Assembly (NCBI GenBank): GCA_963830865.1
Contig: CAWHNU010000005.1
Location: 214,715 to 278,714 of the forward strand
DNA length: 64,000 nucleotides
Reading direction: 5' to 3'
Origin: an uncultured Acidimicrobiales bacterium
Lineage (GTDB): Bacteria; Actinomycetota; Acidimicrobiia; Acidimicrobiales; VFJN01
The position numbers and the translations under genes are program-made. Positions 24,948 through 35,576 of the stretch are shown one piece after another. The stretch's first letter is position 1. Each line of letters opens with the position of its first letter. Below the pieces are notes generated by a model that was not told the origin of the DNA, searched no databases, and saw nothing but the letters and a program-made list of their open reading frames with translations.

Positions 24948-25808
24948 TCAGCGCAGCGCGCCGAGCTCGGCCTCGATGCGGGTCAGCCGGCTTTCGATGT
25001 CGCCCAGGCGGTCGGCCAGGTCGGCCAGGTCGGCGACGGTGACCGGCCGGGAGGATGCGGGCACCCGGCGCTCCTCCGGGAACGCCAGCCGGGCGACCGG
25101 CCGGGCCCGGACCTCGACGGGCGGGGGCGGCGGCGGTGGCGGCGGGGCCATCCAGTCGCCGGCGGCGGCCAGGCGGCGCTCCAGCTCGGCGACCCGGGCC
25201 ACCAGCTCGGCGTAGGTCGGCGCGGGGGCGGTGAGGTCGCCGGCGAACGAACCGGACCCGGCGGCGGCGGCATGCTCCACCCCGTTGCCCACCCGTGCGG
25301 GGCGCGAGCCGACCGGGCCGGTGAGCACCTCGACCCAGCGCGTCTCGCGGTCGCCGGGCCGCGGCGGGACGCGGGCGGCGAACGGCTGCGGGGTCCGGGC
25401 CGCCAGGGCGTCCAGCACCGCGTCAACCTCGGACGGCGACCCGAACGGGTGCAGCCGCTGCGCCTGGGTCCGCACCTCACCGACGGCCTGCTCGCCCCGC
25501 AGCAGCAGCACGGCGACGACGGCCAGGTCTGCGGGCCCCATCCGCCAGCGCTCGTCGGCCCGCTGGCGGTAGCGCGTGGTGCGGACCTCGGCCGTCGGGG
25601 CGACGAAGCGGGCCAGCCCCCGGGACTTGAGCGCCAGCAGCGTGTCCTCGACCGTCCGGTCGTCGTAGGCCACCACCGGATCGCGCCCGGTCGTGCGGTT
25701 GCAGGCCAGCCGGAGGGCGTTGAGCGTGAGCGGCACCGCGTCCGGATCGGCCGCTTCCTGCTCGACGAGGCACCCGAGGACGCGACCCTCGGCCGCCGTC
25801 AACTCCAT
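24948..25808 (-). CDS. DUF480 (YceH-like) protein with an extended coiled-coil C-terminus
   Basis: Track ORF of 286 aa. Carries LTAAEGRVLGCLVEQEAADPDAVPLTLNAL and a run of nine Pro. Confidence 0.7.
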   Translation of the reverse strand: MELTAAEGRVLGCLVEQEAADPDAVPLTLNALRLACNRTTGRDPVVAYDDRTVEDTLLALKSRGLARFVAPTAEVRTTRYRQRADERWRMGPADLAVVAVLLLRGEQAVGEVRTQAQRLHPFGSPSEVDAVLDALAARTPQPFAARVPPRPGDRETRWVEVLTGPVGSRPARVGNGVEHAAAAGSGSFAGDLTAPAPTYAELVARVAELERRLAAAGDWMAPPPPPPPPPVEVRARPVARLAFPEERRVPASSRPVTVADLADLADRLGDIESRLTRIEAELGALR

Positions 25809-25874
25809 GGGGAGCGATGCTATGGCGCGTCCGGCTGCCGCGCTGTCACCCTCTCCGCGTTAGCTTCGCCGCTC

Positions 25875-26862
25875 ATGGGGATGGACCGCGCCGGAGTCAC
25901 GTTCGCGTCGCTGATGGCCCTCGGGCCAGATCTGGCGACCTCGACCGCCCGCGCCGCGGCCGATCTCGGCTACCGCAGCTTCTGGACCGCCGAGACGACC
26001 GGGCCCGAGGCGTTCACGATCCTGGCCGCCGCCGGGGCCGCCGCGCCCGGTCTCGACCTCGGCACCGGCGTCATCGCCCTCCAGCTCCGCACGCCCATGG
26101 TCGTGGCCATGGCCGGGGCCACCCTCCAGGCCCTGCACCCGGCGAGCGACATCCTGCTGGGCGTGGGCATCTCGTCGCCCGTGGTGACCGAGCGCTGGCA
26201 CGGCGTGCCGTACGGCGACCGGCCGCTGGCCCGGGTGCGCGAGTACGTCACGCTGCTGCGCGCCTGCCTGTCGCGGCGAGCGGGTCGACTTCGCCGGCGA
26301 CTTCTACCAGGTCAAGGGCTTCCGCCTGGGCGTGCGCCTCGGCGAGCGCCGGCCCCAGATCGTGGTCGGCGCGCTCAACCCCGGGATGCTGCGCCTCGCC
26401 GGCGAGCTGGCCGACGGGGTGCTGCTCAACTACCTGCCGGCGTCGCACGTCGGCTGGTCGGTCGAGCGCGTGCGCGAGGGCGGCGACGCGACCGTGTACG
26501 CCTATGTGCACGCCGGCGTCTGCGAGCGGGAGGAGGGGGTCGAGCTGGCCCGCCGGGACCTGTTCTCGTACGCGGTCGTTCCCAGCTACGCCGCCAACTT
26601 CGAGCGGGCCGGCTTCGCCGACGAGGTGGCCGAGATCACCGAGCGCCACGCTGCGGGCGACCGGGCCGGCGCGCTGGCCGCGGTGAGCGACCGGATGGTC
26701 GACGCCATCGACGTGATGGGCGACCCCGACACCGTCCACGCCACGATGCGGTCCTACGTCGACGCCGGCGCCGACGTGCCGGTGCTCATGCCGCTGCCGT
26801 GGGGCGCGGACCGCCGGGCCTCGGCGGCGGCGACGGTCCGGGCGGCGATCGGGGCCGGCTGA
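25875..26862 (+). pseudogene. LLM-class (F420-dependent type) oxidoreductase, interrupted by one +1 frame break as assembled
   Basis: The N-terminal part (MGMDRAGVTF...REYVTLLRACLS) is in the frame of track ORF 24315..27701. The rest (GERVDFAGDFYQVKGFRLGVRLGERRPQIVVGAL...) is in the frame of ORF 26332..26862. The extra nt is at about 26274 (ctgtcg-C-ggcgag). Length is 3n+1. Confidence 0.8.
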
Positions 26863-27701
<839 letters not shown>

Positions 27702-27773
27702 CTTCCGCGAGGGTCCACTAGGGTTCGCCGTGTGCGGCCCGAGAAGGGGCGGGCCGCCACAGGGGGGATCGAC

Positions 27774-30284
27774 ATGGGTCAGCGACCGCTAGTGCGACAA
27801 CCGCAGTCGGCACGGCGTCGGACACGGGCGGTGGGACTGGCCGCGGCGGTGGCGATCGGCGCCACCGCGCTGGCCGCCTCGCCCGCGGCGTCGGGATCAC
27901 CGGGCGTGCCCGGGGCCGGCAACCGGTTCGCCGTGACCGTGCTGTCCGGCCGGCCCGACCAGGTCACCGGCGGCGACGCGCTGGTCCAGGTCGAGGTGCC
28001 CGACCGGGTGTCCGCCGACCGGGTCAAGGTGACCGTGGGCGGCGCCGACGTGACGTCGGCCTTCGCGCCCTCGCCGGCCGGCGACGGCACCCTCGTCGGC
28101 CTGGTCGGCGGGCTGGTCGAGGGCGACAACCTGCTGCGCGTCGAGGCCACCGGCCGGGGCCCGCGCCCCCGGGCGGCCGAGCTGACGCTGGTCGACCACC
28201 CGACCGGCGGCCCGATCTTCTCCGGGCCCCAGCAGCAGCCGTTCGTGTGCACCACGGCGCGGGGCCGCTTCGACGGCCGGATGATCCTCGACCAGCCGCT
28301 GGTCGACAACCAGGACCACGTCGGCATTCCGGTGGCCGCCGAGGCGCCCGACGGCAGCTACCCCCAGGACGGGCGGGGCTACCCGACCGCGGCGGCCCAG
28401 ATCGTCGGCTGGAGCAAGGACTGCGCGGCCGACACCCGCTACGGCTACGTCTACCGCTCGGCCACCGACGGCGCGTTCCACTGGCTGGACGACCCGGCGG
28501 CGCCGCCGGCCGACGTGGCCATGACCCGGATCCGGGACGGGCGCACGGTGCCCTTCGTCGTGCGCTGGGAGCGGGGGACGCTCAACCGGTTCGTGTACAG
28601 CGTGGCGATGCTGGCGCCGGTGGGCGAGGCCGACCCCGGGGCGCCCGACGACTCGCTGTGGAACCGCCGGCTGGTGTTCACCTTCGACGGCGGGGTCGGC
28701 ATCGGGCACTTCCAGGGCACGACGTCGACCGGCGGCATGCTGCCGGCCGACCTGCTCGGCAAGGGCTACGGCGTGATGTGGTCGAGCGGCACCCGCACGA
28801 GCACCCACTACAACCTCCAGGTCGGCGGCGAGACGGCGCTGATGCTCAAGGAGCACACGGTCGAGACCCACGGCGTCCCCGACTACACGGTCGCCGTCGG
28901 GGGCTCGGGCGGGGCCATCCAGCAGTACGTCTACGCCCAGAACCACCCCGGGCTGATCGACGCCGCCATCGCCCAGTACTCGTACCCCGACATGGTCACC
29001 CAGACCATCAACGTCGGCGACTGCGAGCTGCTCGAGCACTTCTTCGACGTCAGCGACCGGGACAACCCCCACTGGAAGGATCCGGAGGTCCGCCAGGCGA
29101 TCATCGGCCTCAACGCCACCAACTTCCCCAAGAACCTGTCGCCGGGCGATATCAACCAGTGGAACACGCTGTACCAGATCTACGCGGCGCTGGGCTTCCA
29201 GGTCATGGATCGCGACCCGGCGTCGCCGGCGCCGGCGCTGACCGAGTGCAGGCCGGGCTGGTTCGGGCTCACCCCGCTGGCGCTCAACCCGACGTTCACC
29301 AACGTCGCCGACATCGACAAGCTTGCCCAGGGCACCCAGGGCGTCGAGTGGACCCACTGGGGCGACACAGTGAACATCTACGGCACCGGGCCCGACGGCT
29401 TCGCCCGAGTGCCGTGGGACAACGTCGGCGTGCAGTACGGGCTGGCGGCGCTCCAGGCGGGCGTGATCTCGCCGGCCGAGTTCCTCGACCTCAACGCCGA
29501 GATCGGCAGCTGGAAGAACACGGCCGACATGGTGCCCGAGGGCTTCCCGTTCGCCGGCGCGCTCACGCCCGAGAACTTCGACCCGTGGAGCTCGCGCAAC
29601 ATGGCGCTCAGCCCCGACGGCGGCGCGACGCCCGCGCCCCGGAGGACGGGCAACCCCGACGCCATGGCGGCCGCCTACACCTCGGGCATGGAGTTCGTGG
29701 GCGACATCGACATCCCGGTGATCGACTGGCGCCACTACCTGGAGGACGAGCTGGACATGCACAACAGCCAGCAGTCCTTCGTGAGCCGCCAGCGGATGCT
29801 GAACGCGGACGGCGACGCGGACAACCAGGTCATCTGGTTCACCGACGCCCGGCCGGCGGTGGCGTTCGACCAGACGCCGATGGCGTTCGAGGTGATGGAC
29901 GAGTGGATGGCCAACATCGCCGCCCACCCGGATCGGAGCGTGGGCCGCAACCGGCCGGACCGGGCGGTCGATTCGTGCTTCGACACGTCGGGCGCGCTGA
30001 TCGCCTCCGGACGGGACGTGTGGGACGGCGTCATCGACGACCGGCCGGCGGGCGACTGCACCCAGCTGTTCCCGACGTACTCGACCTCCCGGCGCGAGGC
30101 CGGCGGCCCGTTCGAGGGCGGCGTGTGGAAGTGCGAGCTCCAGCCGGTGTCCCGGGCCCTGCACCGGGACGTCTACGGCGACTGGACGCCGACCTCGGAG
30201 GAGCGGGCGCGGCTGGAGCAGATCTTCCCCGACGGCGTCTGCGACTGGGACCGACGCGACGTGGGGCGCCCGCGGCGCCTATAA
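27774..30284 (+). CDS. large secreted protein of unknown function (alpha/beta-hydrolase-like; resembles the family I recall as DUF6351)
   Basis: ATG at 27774 inside track ORF 27732..30284. Arg-rich signal peptide SARRRTRAVGLAAAVAIGATALA. Possible nucleophile motif VAVGGSGGAIQQY. The family name comes from memory only. Confidence 0.6.
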   Translation: MGQRPLVRQPQSARRRTRAVGLAAAVAIGATALAASPAASGSPGVPGAGNRFAVTVLSGRPDQVTGGDALVQVEVPDRVSADRVKVTVGGADVTSAFAPSPAGDGTLVGLVGGLVEGDNLLRVEATGRGPRPRAAELTLVDHPTGGPIFSGPQQQPFVCTTARGRFDGRMILDQPLVDNQDHVGIPVAAEAPDGSYPQDGRGYPTAAAQIVGWSKDCAADTRYGYVYRSATDGAFHWLDDPAAPPADVAMTRIRDGRTVPFVVRWERGTLNRFVYSVAMLAPVGEADPGAPDDSLWNRRLVFTFDGGVGIGHFQGTTSTGGMLPADLLGKGYGVMWSSGTRTSTHYNLQVGGETALMLKEHTVETHGVPDYTVAVGGSGGAIQQYVYAQNHPGLIDAAIAQYSYPDMVTQTINVGDCELLEHFFDVSDRDNPHWKDPEVRQAIIGLNATNFPKNLSPGDINQWNTLYQIYAALGFQVMDRDPASPAPALTECRPGWFGLTPLALNPTFTNVADIDKLAQGTQGVEWTHWGDTVNIYGTGPDGFARVPWDNVGVQYGLAALQAGVISPAEFLDLNAEIGSWKNTADMVPEGFPFAGALTPENFDPWSSRNMALSPDGGATPAPRRTGNPDAMAAAYTSGMEFVGDIDIPVIDWRHYLEDELDMHNSQQSFVSRQRMLNADGDADNQVIWFTDARPAVAFDQTPMAFEVMDEWMANIAAHPDRSVGRNRPDRAVDSCFDTSGALIASGRDVWDGVIDDRPAGDCTQLFPTYSTSRREAGGPFEGGVWKCELQPVSRALHRDVYGDWTPTSEERARLEQIFPDGVCDWDRRDVGRPRRL

Positions 30285-30292
30285 CGCCCCGG

Positions 30293-31390
30293 ATGGATCC
30301 GCGGACCGTCGCCATCTACGAGCGGTCGGCCACGGCGTTCGCCGAACGGCGGCGGGCGGCCGACCCGGCCCGCGCCCGCGCCTTCGCGGCCCGGGTGGTG
30401 GCGGGCGGCGTGCGCCTCGACCTCGGGTGCGGGCCGGGGTTCGACGTCGCCGACCTGGGCACGCCGGTCGTGGTGGCGGACGCGGCCCCGGCGATGGTGG
30501 CCGAGACCCGCCGGCGCCACCCGGGCACCCCGGGGGTGGTCTGCGACCTGGTGGCGCTGCCGCTCCGACGGGGCGCGGTGGCCGGGGTGTGGGCGTCCCG
30601 CAGCGTGCAGCACATCGCCCGGGAGGACGTCCCGCTGGCGCTGGCGGGGGTCCACCGCACGCTGGCCCTCGGCGGGCTGCTCGAGGCGACGGTCTTCGCC
30701 GGCGACGGCGGCCCGGACAAGCGCTCGGACGACCCCGAGTTCCCGGGCCGCTGGTTCTCCTGGTGGCCCGCCGGGCCGCTGCGGGACGTGCTGGAGGGCG
30801 CGGGCTTCACGGTCGAGGAGATCTCGGCTCCGGCTCCGCGCACGGGCGGCGCTGCCCACCCGGACCAGATCGTGGCCACGGCGGTGCGGGCCCGCACGCT
30901 GCCCGACACGGTCGGGCCGAGGATGCGCCTGCTCATGTGCGGCCTGAACCCGAGCGTGTACGCGGCGGACGCAGGCGTCGGCTTCGCCCGCCCGGGCAAC
31001 CGCTTCTGGCCCGCGCTGCGGGCGGCGGGCCTGGTCGCGGACGGCGCGGTCCGGTCCCCGGACAGGGCACTGCGCGACCACGGCATCGGCATGACCGACA
31101 TCGTGAAGCGGGCGACGGTGGCCGCGGCCGAGTTGACGACGGCCGAGTACGCGGCCGGCATGGGTCGGATCGAACGCCTGGTGGCGTGGCTTCGCCCGGG
31201 CGCGGTCTGCTTCGTCGGCCTGGCCGGCTGGCGTGCGGCGGTCGACCGCCGGGCGGCCCCGGGCGTCCAACCGGGAGGCCTGGGCGGCGTCCCGGTCTAC
31301 GTGATGCCGAGCACCAGTGGCCTCAACGCCCGCACGGGCCTTCCCGAGCTGGAGGACCACCTACGCCGGGCCGCCCGCCTGGCCGACTGA
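30293..31390 (+). CDS. fusion of a class I SAM-dependent methyltransferase (N) and a Mug-family mismatch-specific uracil-DNA glycosylase (C)
   Basis: ATG at 30293 in the tail of track ORF 28247..31390. The MTase motif is RLDLGCGPG. The Mug motifs are LLMCGLNPSVYAA...GNRFWPAL and VMPSTSGLN. There is one continuous frame. Confidence 0.75.
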   Translation: MDPRTVAIYERSATAFAERRRAADPARARAFAARVVAGGVRLDLGCGPGFDVADLGTPVVVADAAPAMVAETRRRHPGTPGVVCDLVALPLRRGAVAGVWASRSVQHIAREDVPLALAGVHRTLALGGLLEATVFAGDGGPDKRSDDPEFPGRWFSWWPAGPLRDVLEGAGFTVEEISAPAPRTGGAAHPDQIVATAVRARTLPDTVGPRMRLLMCGLNPSVYAADAGVGFARPGNRFWPALRAAGLVADGAVRSPDRALRDHGIGMTDIVKRATVAAAELTTAEYAAGMGRIERLVAWLRPGAVCFVGLAGWRAAVDRRAAPGVQPGGLGGVPVYVMPSTSGLNARTGLPELEDHLRRAARLAD

Positions 31391-31474
31391 GCGGCTTTTT
31401 CTACGCGGAAGAGGTCGCTATGGCGACCGCTTCCGCGTGAACGCGCTGGCCAGGCGGCGCCGACGGCGGCGCGC

Positions 31475-32746
31475 TCAGTCCCCCATCTTCGCCAGGCGGG
31501 CCTGCGACTCGTCCGCCGCCCAGGAGAACACGCCCTTCGACATCGTCGACAGCTCCGTCCCCGCCCGCTCGGCGAACACCATCGCCCGGGCCCGATGGAC
31601 CCCGGCATCGTCGGGCGCCGCCTGCGCCGCGAGCTCGACCAGGTGGCCAGCGAGCCGCAGGTCGCCCGCCGCCGCCAACGCCAACGCCCGGTCGGCGAGC
31701 GCGCCGGCCCCGCCGGCCAGGTCCGCGAGCTCGCGGGCGAGCACCGCATCCGGCGCCGGCTTCAGGTGCGCCGGGTTGCCGTCGTACCACCCGCCGTACA
31801 ACCGCCACACCGTGCGCACGACGAACTCCGGCTCGTCGTACACCGGCCGCAGGTAGGGCCGCTCCAGCAGGTGCTCCGGGGCGTGCACCGTGTGGACGAT
31901 CTCGTCGAGGCGGGCGCCCACGTTCATCATCGCCAGCGTCTCGTTGACCAGGTGGTCCAGTAGGTCCGCCGTGTCGCCCAGCGCCTGGCGCACCCGGTCG
32001 GCCCCGGCGATCGGCCAGCCGTGGCCGGGCAGCAGCAGCTCCGCGTCGAGGGCGGCCATCTGACGCAGCGCCAGGGCCCACTCCCGGGGATAGCGCTGCA
32101 CCTTCTGGGGGTTCCCGCAGTTCGGCGACGCCCAGATGAACATGTCGCCCGTGCACAGCGTGCGCCGCTCCGGCCACCAGACCCATGTGTGATCGTCGGT
32201 CTCGCCCTTGCCGTGGTGCAGCTCGAACGGCTCGCCCCCGACCTCCAGTTCGAGGTCGAGGGTGTACGTCTCGTCCGGGTACCGGTACTCGGTCGGCCAC
32301 CGGAACCGCGGCATCTTGAACTGCCGGGCGTTGATGATCCCGTTGTAGCCGGCCGTGAGCTTGTAGCGGTCGAACCGCGCCGGGACCAGCTCGTGCGCCA
32401 CCACGTGCGGCCGCGACCGGCCGGCGGCGTCGGCCTCGGCCTCCCACGGGGCCAGCCCGAAGACGTGGTCGATGTGGCCGTGGGTGTAGACGACCCGGTC
32501 GAGAGGCAGGTCGGTCCAGCCCCGCACCGCCTCGAAGTTGGCGTTGGCGAGCACGACGTTGCCGGTGTCGACCAGGACCAGCGACCCGTCGGTGACGAAG
32601 GCGCTCACGTTCCCGAACGCGGTGATGAACGCGGTCCGGTCCGCCACCTCGTCCAGCCCGCCGGACGACGTCACCGGGTGGACCTCGCCGACCGTCACCT
32701 CCCCCCGCCACAGTCGGTCCGACAGGTCCAGCGCGCCGTGAGCCAT
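31475..32746 (-). CDS. MBL-fold metallo-hydrolase, alkyl/aryl-sulfatase-like
   Basis: ATG at 32746 inside track ORF 31475..33160, giving 423 aa. Carries YTHGHIDHVFG and the alkyl-sulfatase-like stretch NCGNPQKVQRYPREWA...LLPGHGWP. Confidence 0.75.
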   Translation of the reverse strand: MAHGALDLSDRLWRGEVTVGEVHPVTSSGGLDEVADRTAFITAFGNVSAFVTDGSLVLVDTGNVVLANANFEAVRGWTDLPLDRVVYTHGHIDHVFGLAPWEAEADAAGRSRPHVVAHELVPARFDRYKLTAGYNGIINARQFKMPRFRWPTEYRYPDETYTLDLELEVGGEPFELHHGKGETDDHTWVWWPERRTLCTGDMFIWASPNCGNPQKVQRYPREWALALRQMAALDAELLLPGHGWPIAGADRVRQALGDTADLLDHLVNETLAMMNVGARLDEIVHTVHAPEHLLERPYLRPVYDEPEFVVRTVWRLYGGWYDGNPAHLKPAPDAVLARELADLAGGAGALADRALALAAAGDLRLAGHLVELAAQAAPDDAGVHRARAMVFAERAGTELSTMSKGVFSWAADESQARLAKMGD

Positions 32747-32805
32747 GGTCACCGACAGTAAGCGGGATGGCGGCCCGACGCCGCGCGACCCGCGGCCTGG
32801 CGCTC

Positions 32806-33465
32806 TCAGGCGGCGAGGTCGTCGAGGCCGTCGGCCGAGTCGACGTCGGCGGCGGCCCCCTCGCCCTTGCGGAAGCGGGACGACACCAGCTCGATCAGCC
32901 CGCCGAACGCCAGGGCCAGCAGGATTCCGAGACCGGTCGCCAGCAGGGTCTGGTCGTGGAAGGCGGTGCCGCCGAGGTAGCCGAACGTGACGGCGAACCC
33001 GGCCCACAGGACCCCCGCCAGCACGGTCGCCGGGGTGAACCGATAGAGCGGGTATGCAGTCCGCCCGGCCACGAACGTGCTGGCCGTCCGACCGCCGGGC
33101 ACGAAGCGTGCCACGACGAGCACCACCGGTCCGCGCTTGTCCAGCTGGGCCGCCGCCCATGCCTGCAGCCGGGCGGCCTTGGACTCCCGGCCCCGACGGT
33201 CGTGGTCCTTGGTGCGCCCCTTGGGCTGGCCGCGGGTGGTCCAGCGGCCGATGCCGTAGGACATGTGGTCGCCGAGGATGGCCCCGAAGGCGGCCCCGGC
33301 GAACAGCGGCACCGGGTGGATGCGGCCCTGCGCAGCCAGCACGCCGCCGAGGATCACGGCGCTCTCGCTCGGCAGCACGGGGAACACCACGTCGAGCGCA
33401 GCGATCCCCAGCACCAGCAGGTACGTCAGCGCGGACAGCTGGGCCAGGAAGTCGAGGGTGATCAC
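32806..33465 (-). CDS. DedA-family (VTT domain) membrane protein
   Basis: Track ORF of 219 aa. Carries VFPVLPSESAVILGGVLAAQG...GAILGDHMSYGIGRW. Confidence 0.85.
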   Translation of the reverse strand: MITLDFLAQLSALTYLLVLGIAALDVVFPVLPSESAVILGGVLAAQGRIHPVPLFAGAAFGAILGDHMSYGIGRWTTRGQPKGRTKDHDRRGRESKAARLQAWAAAQLDKRGPVVLVVARFVPGGRTASTFVAGRTAYPLYRFTPATVLAGVLWAGFAVTFGYLGGTAFHDQTLLATGLGILLALAFGGLIELVSSRFRKGEGAAADVDSADGLDDLAA

Positions 33466-33637
33466 CTCGAGCTCCTCGGCTCGCTAGCGCCGGCGCAGGG
33501 GTACATGGGAGTCACGCTAAGTGACCCAACCCCCGCACGCCATGGGGGATTCCCCCCGAGGCGCAGAAAGATTTGCTGGGGCGTCCGCATGCCCCGACGG
33601 TACGGCCACGCGCTTGCAGAACGGCTGCAGTGCGCTG

Positions 33638-34606
33638 TCAGCGGGGCGCGAGGTCCCGCACGGCCTGGGCCGGATCGATCCCGAAGGGCATCAGGGCGAG
33701 CGCCGGCGTGGTGACGCCGTTGTCCACGTAGCGCTGCACATGCTCCCGGCACGCCTCAGGACTACCCCAGACGATCAGCTCGTCCACCACCGAATCGGGG
33801 ATGGCGGCCGCCGCGGCCCGGCGATCGCCCTCCTTCCAGAGGCGCCACATCTCGCCCAGCCGGTCGCCCCGGCCGAGCCACTCGTGGAACGCGGCGTAGA
33901 CGGGCACGTTGAGGTAGGCGGCGATGGCGAAGCGGCCCATGGCCCGCACGCGGTCGGCGTCGTCGCTGGGAGCCACGAAGATCCGGGCGACGATCTCCCG
34001 GGGCGCTCCCCCGGCGGCGTCGTGCACGATCGGCGCGACGGTGGCGACGTCGGTGGCCGAGAGCCAGTTGACGATGGCGCCGTCGCCCTCCCGGCCGGCG
34101 AGGCGCAGCATCCCCTCCCGCAGCGCCGCCACCAGCAGCGGTACCGGCTCGGGCGGCCGGACCCCCAGGCGGAAGCCGCGCACCGAGAACGTCTCGTAGT
34201 CCGCGGTCACCTTGTCGTTGCCCTCCAGCGCCTGGCGCAGGAAGCGGACGAGGTCGCGGGTGCGCTGGTAGGGCTGCTCGAACGGGATCCCGTTCCAGCC
34301 CTCGACGATCACGTTCGACGACGTGCCCACGCCCAGCGCCAGCCGGCCAGGCGCGGCCTGGGCGAGCGACCCGACGCTCTGCGCCAGGCAGGCGGGCCCC
34401 CGGGTGAAGGCCGGCACGATCGCCGTGCCGAGCCGCAGCGACGGGGCCCACACCGACGCCAGGGCGAGCGGGGTGAAGGCGTCGGCGCCGTTGGCCTCGG
34501 ACGACCACACGTCCGTGTAGCCCAGCTCCGCCAGCTCGACCACCCGGTCCCGCTGCGCGTGCAGGGGCAGGTCGTCGAACGGGATCGTCATGCCGTAGCG
34601 CTGCAT
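33638..34606 (-). CDS. LLM-class F420-dependent-type oxidoreductase
   Basis: Track ORF of 322 aa, a paralog of 25875..26862. Carries LGYTDVWSSE and GRLALGVGTSSNVIVEGWNG. Confidence 0.85.
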   Translation of the reverse strand: MQRYGMTIPFDDLPLHAQRDRVVELAELGYTDVWSSEANGADAFTPLALASVWAPSLRLGTAIVPAFTRGPACLAQSVGSLAQAAPGRLALGVGTSSNVIVEGWNGIPFEQPYQRTRDLVRFLRQALEGNDKVTADYETFSVRGFRLGVRPPEPVPLLVAALREGMLRLAGREGDGAIVNWLSATDVATVAPIVHDAAGGAPREIVARIFVAPSDDADRVRAMGRFAIAAYLNVPVYAAFHEWLGRGDRLGEMWRLWKEGDRRAAAAAIPDSVVDELIVWGSPEACREHVQRYVDNGVTTPALALMPFGIDPAQAVRDLAPR

Positions 34607-34628
34607 GAGCGGATGCTGTCACAGATGG

Positions 34629-35486
34629 CTAATCGGCGGCGCCCTCCGCCGCCTCGGCGGCGTGGGCCATGACGGCGGCCATGTCGGCGTCCATCAGCCG
34701 GACGATGGCCGACTGGCTGGCCGTCGCCAGCAGGGCCCCGTCCTCGGACCACAGGTGCACCGCCCCGTGCCCGAACCCGTGGGCCACGGCATGGACCCGG
34801 ATGTCGAGCAGCACCCACTCGCTCGGGACCAGGCGGTAGACCCGCAGCGTGTTGTCGAGGCTGTTGCCTCCGCCGATCCGCCCGAGCGCCTGGCCGATGC
34901 CGAACGGCACGTAGTCGCCGAGGATGGCGAGGCTGGCGCCCGAGGACAGATCGAGCAGGTCGGGCACGCGGGCCCACAGCATCGACCGGCCGTCGGGCGC
35001 CGGGTTGCCGTCCATCTCGTCCCAGGCGCGGGCGCTGGCGAGCCGGACGTCCAGCCGGTCCATGATCGACTCGGGCCCGGGCAACCGCGGCCCCCGCACG
35101 TCGCAGTCCTCGGGCCGGGGCACCGCCGGCATCTCGACCCACGAGCCCTCGGTCGGCAGGTCGCGGCTGCCGAGGGCGGCGTTGACGGTCAGGATCTCGG
35201 TGTCGGCCACGTGCCCGACCACCCGGGCCTGGGTGATGCTGTGGCCCTGGACGGCGAGCGTCACGTCGATGTCGAGGATCGACGGCGGGTGGGCGTAGGA
35301 CAGGTATTGCGCCGTCGCCCAGACCACCGGCCGGCCGCAGGTGGCCTCCATGGCCGCGATGGCCGCGCCGAGCGCGCAGCCGCCGAACAGGAACGGCCCG
35401 ACGGTCGAGATGCCGGGCGTGACCGGGAGCACCCAGCGCATGGGGTTGTGCGTGGGCTCGAGGCCGAGCCAGGTGCGGGCGTCCAT
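34629..35486 (-). CDS. acyl-CoA thioesterase II-like (double hotdog)
   Basis: ATG at 35486 in the tail of track ORF 34629..36317. Sequence runs MDARTWLGLEPTHNPMRW...GGCALGAAIAAME...LWSEDGALLATASQSAIVR. Confidence 0.75.
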   Translation of the reverse strand: MDARTWLGLEPTHNPMRWVLPVTPGISTVGPFLFGGCALGAAIAAMEATCGRPVVWATAQYLSYAHPPSILDIDVTLAVQGHSITQARVVGHVADTEILTVNAALGSRDLPTEGSWVEMPAVPRPEDCDVRGPRLPGPESIMDRLDVRLASARAWDEMDGNPAPDGRSMLWARVPDLLDLSSGASLAILGDYVPFGIGQALGRIGGGNSLDNTLRVYRLVPSEWVLLDIRVHAVAHGFGHGAVHLWSEDGALLATASQSAIVRLMDADMAAVMAHAAEAAEGAAD

Positions 35487-35576
35487 GGGCCGGGACTGTA
35501 GAGGCTGCCCGTGGCGGACACGGTCGGTGGCGGAGCGCGCCGCGGGTGCGCTGCGGGTGCGCCAGACTGCCCGACC

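Noticed and set aside
34280-34295. The perfect 16-nt palindrome GAACGGGATCCCGTTC as a LexA or regulatory site.
   Set aside because: It lies inside the LLM oxidoreductase coding region, and its half-site spacing is 8 rather than 4. It is probably coincidental.
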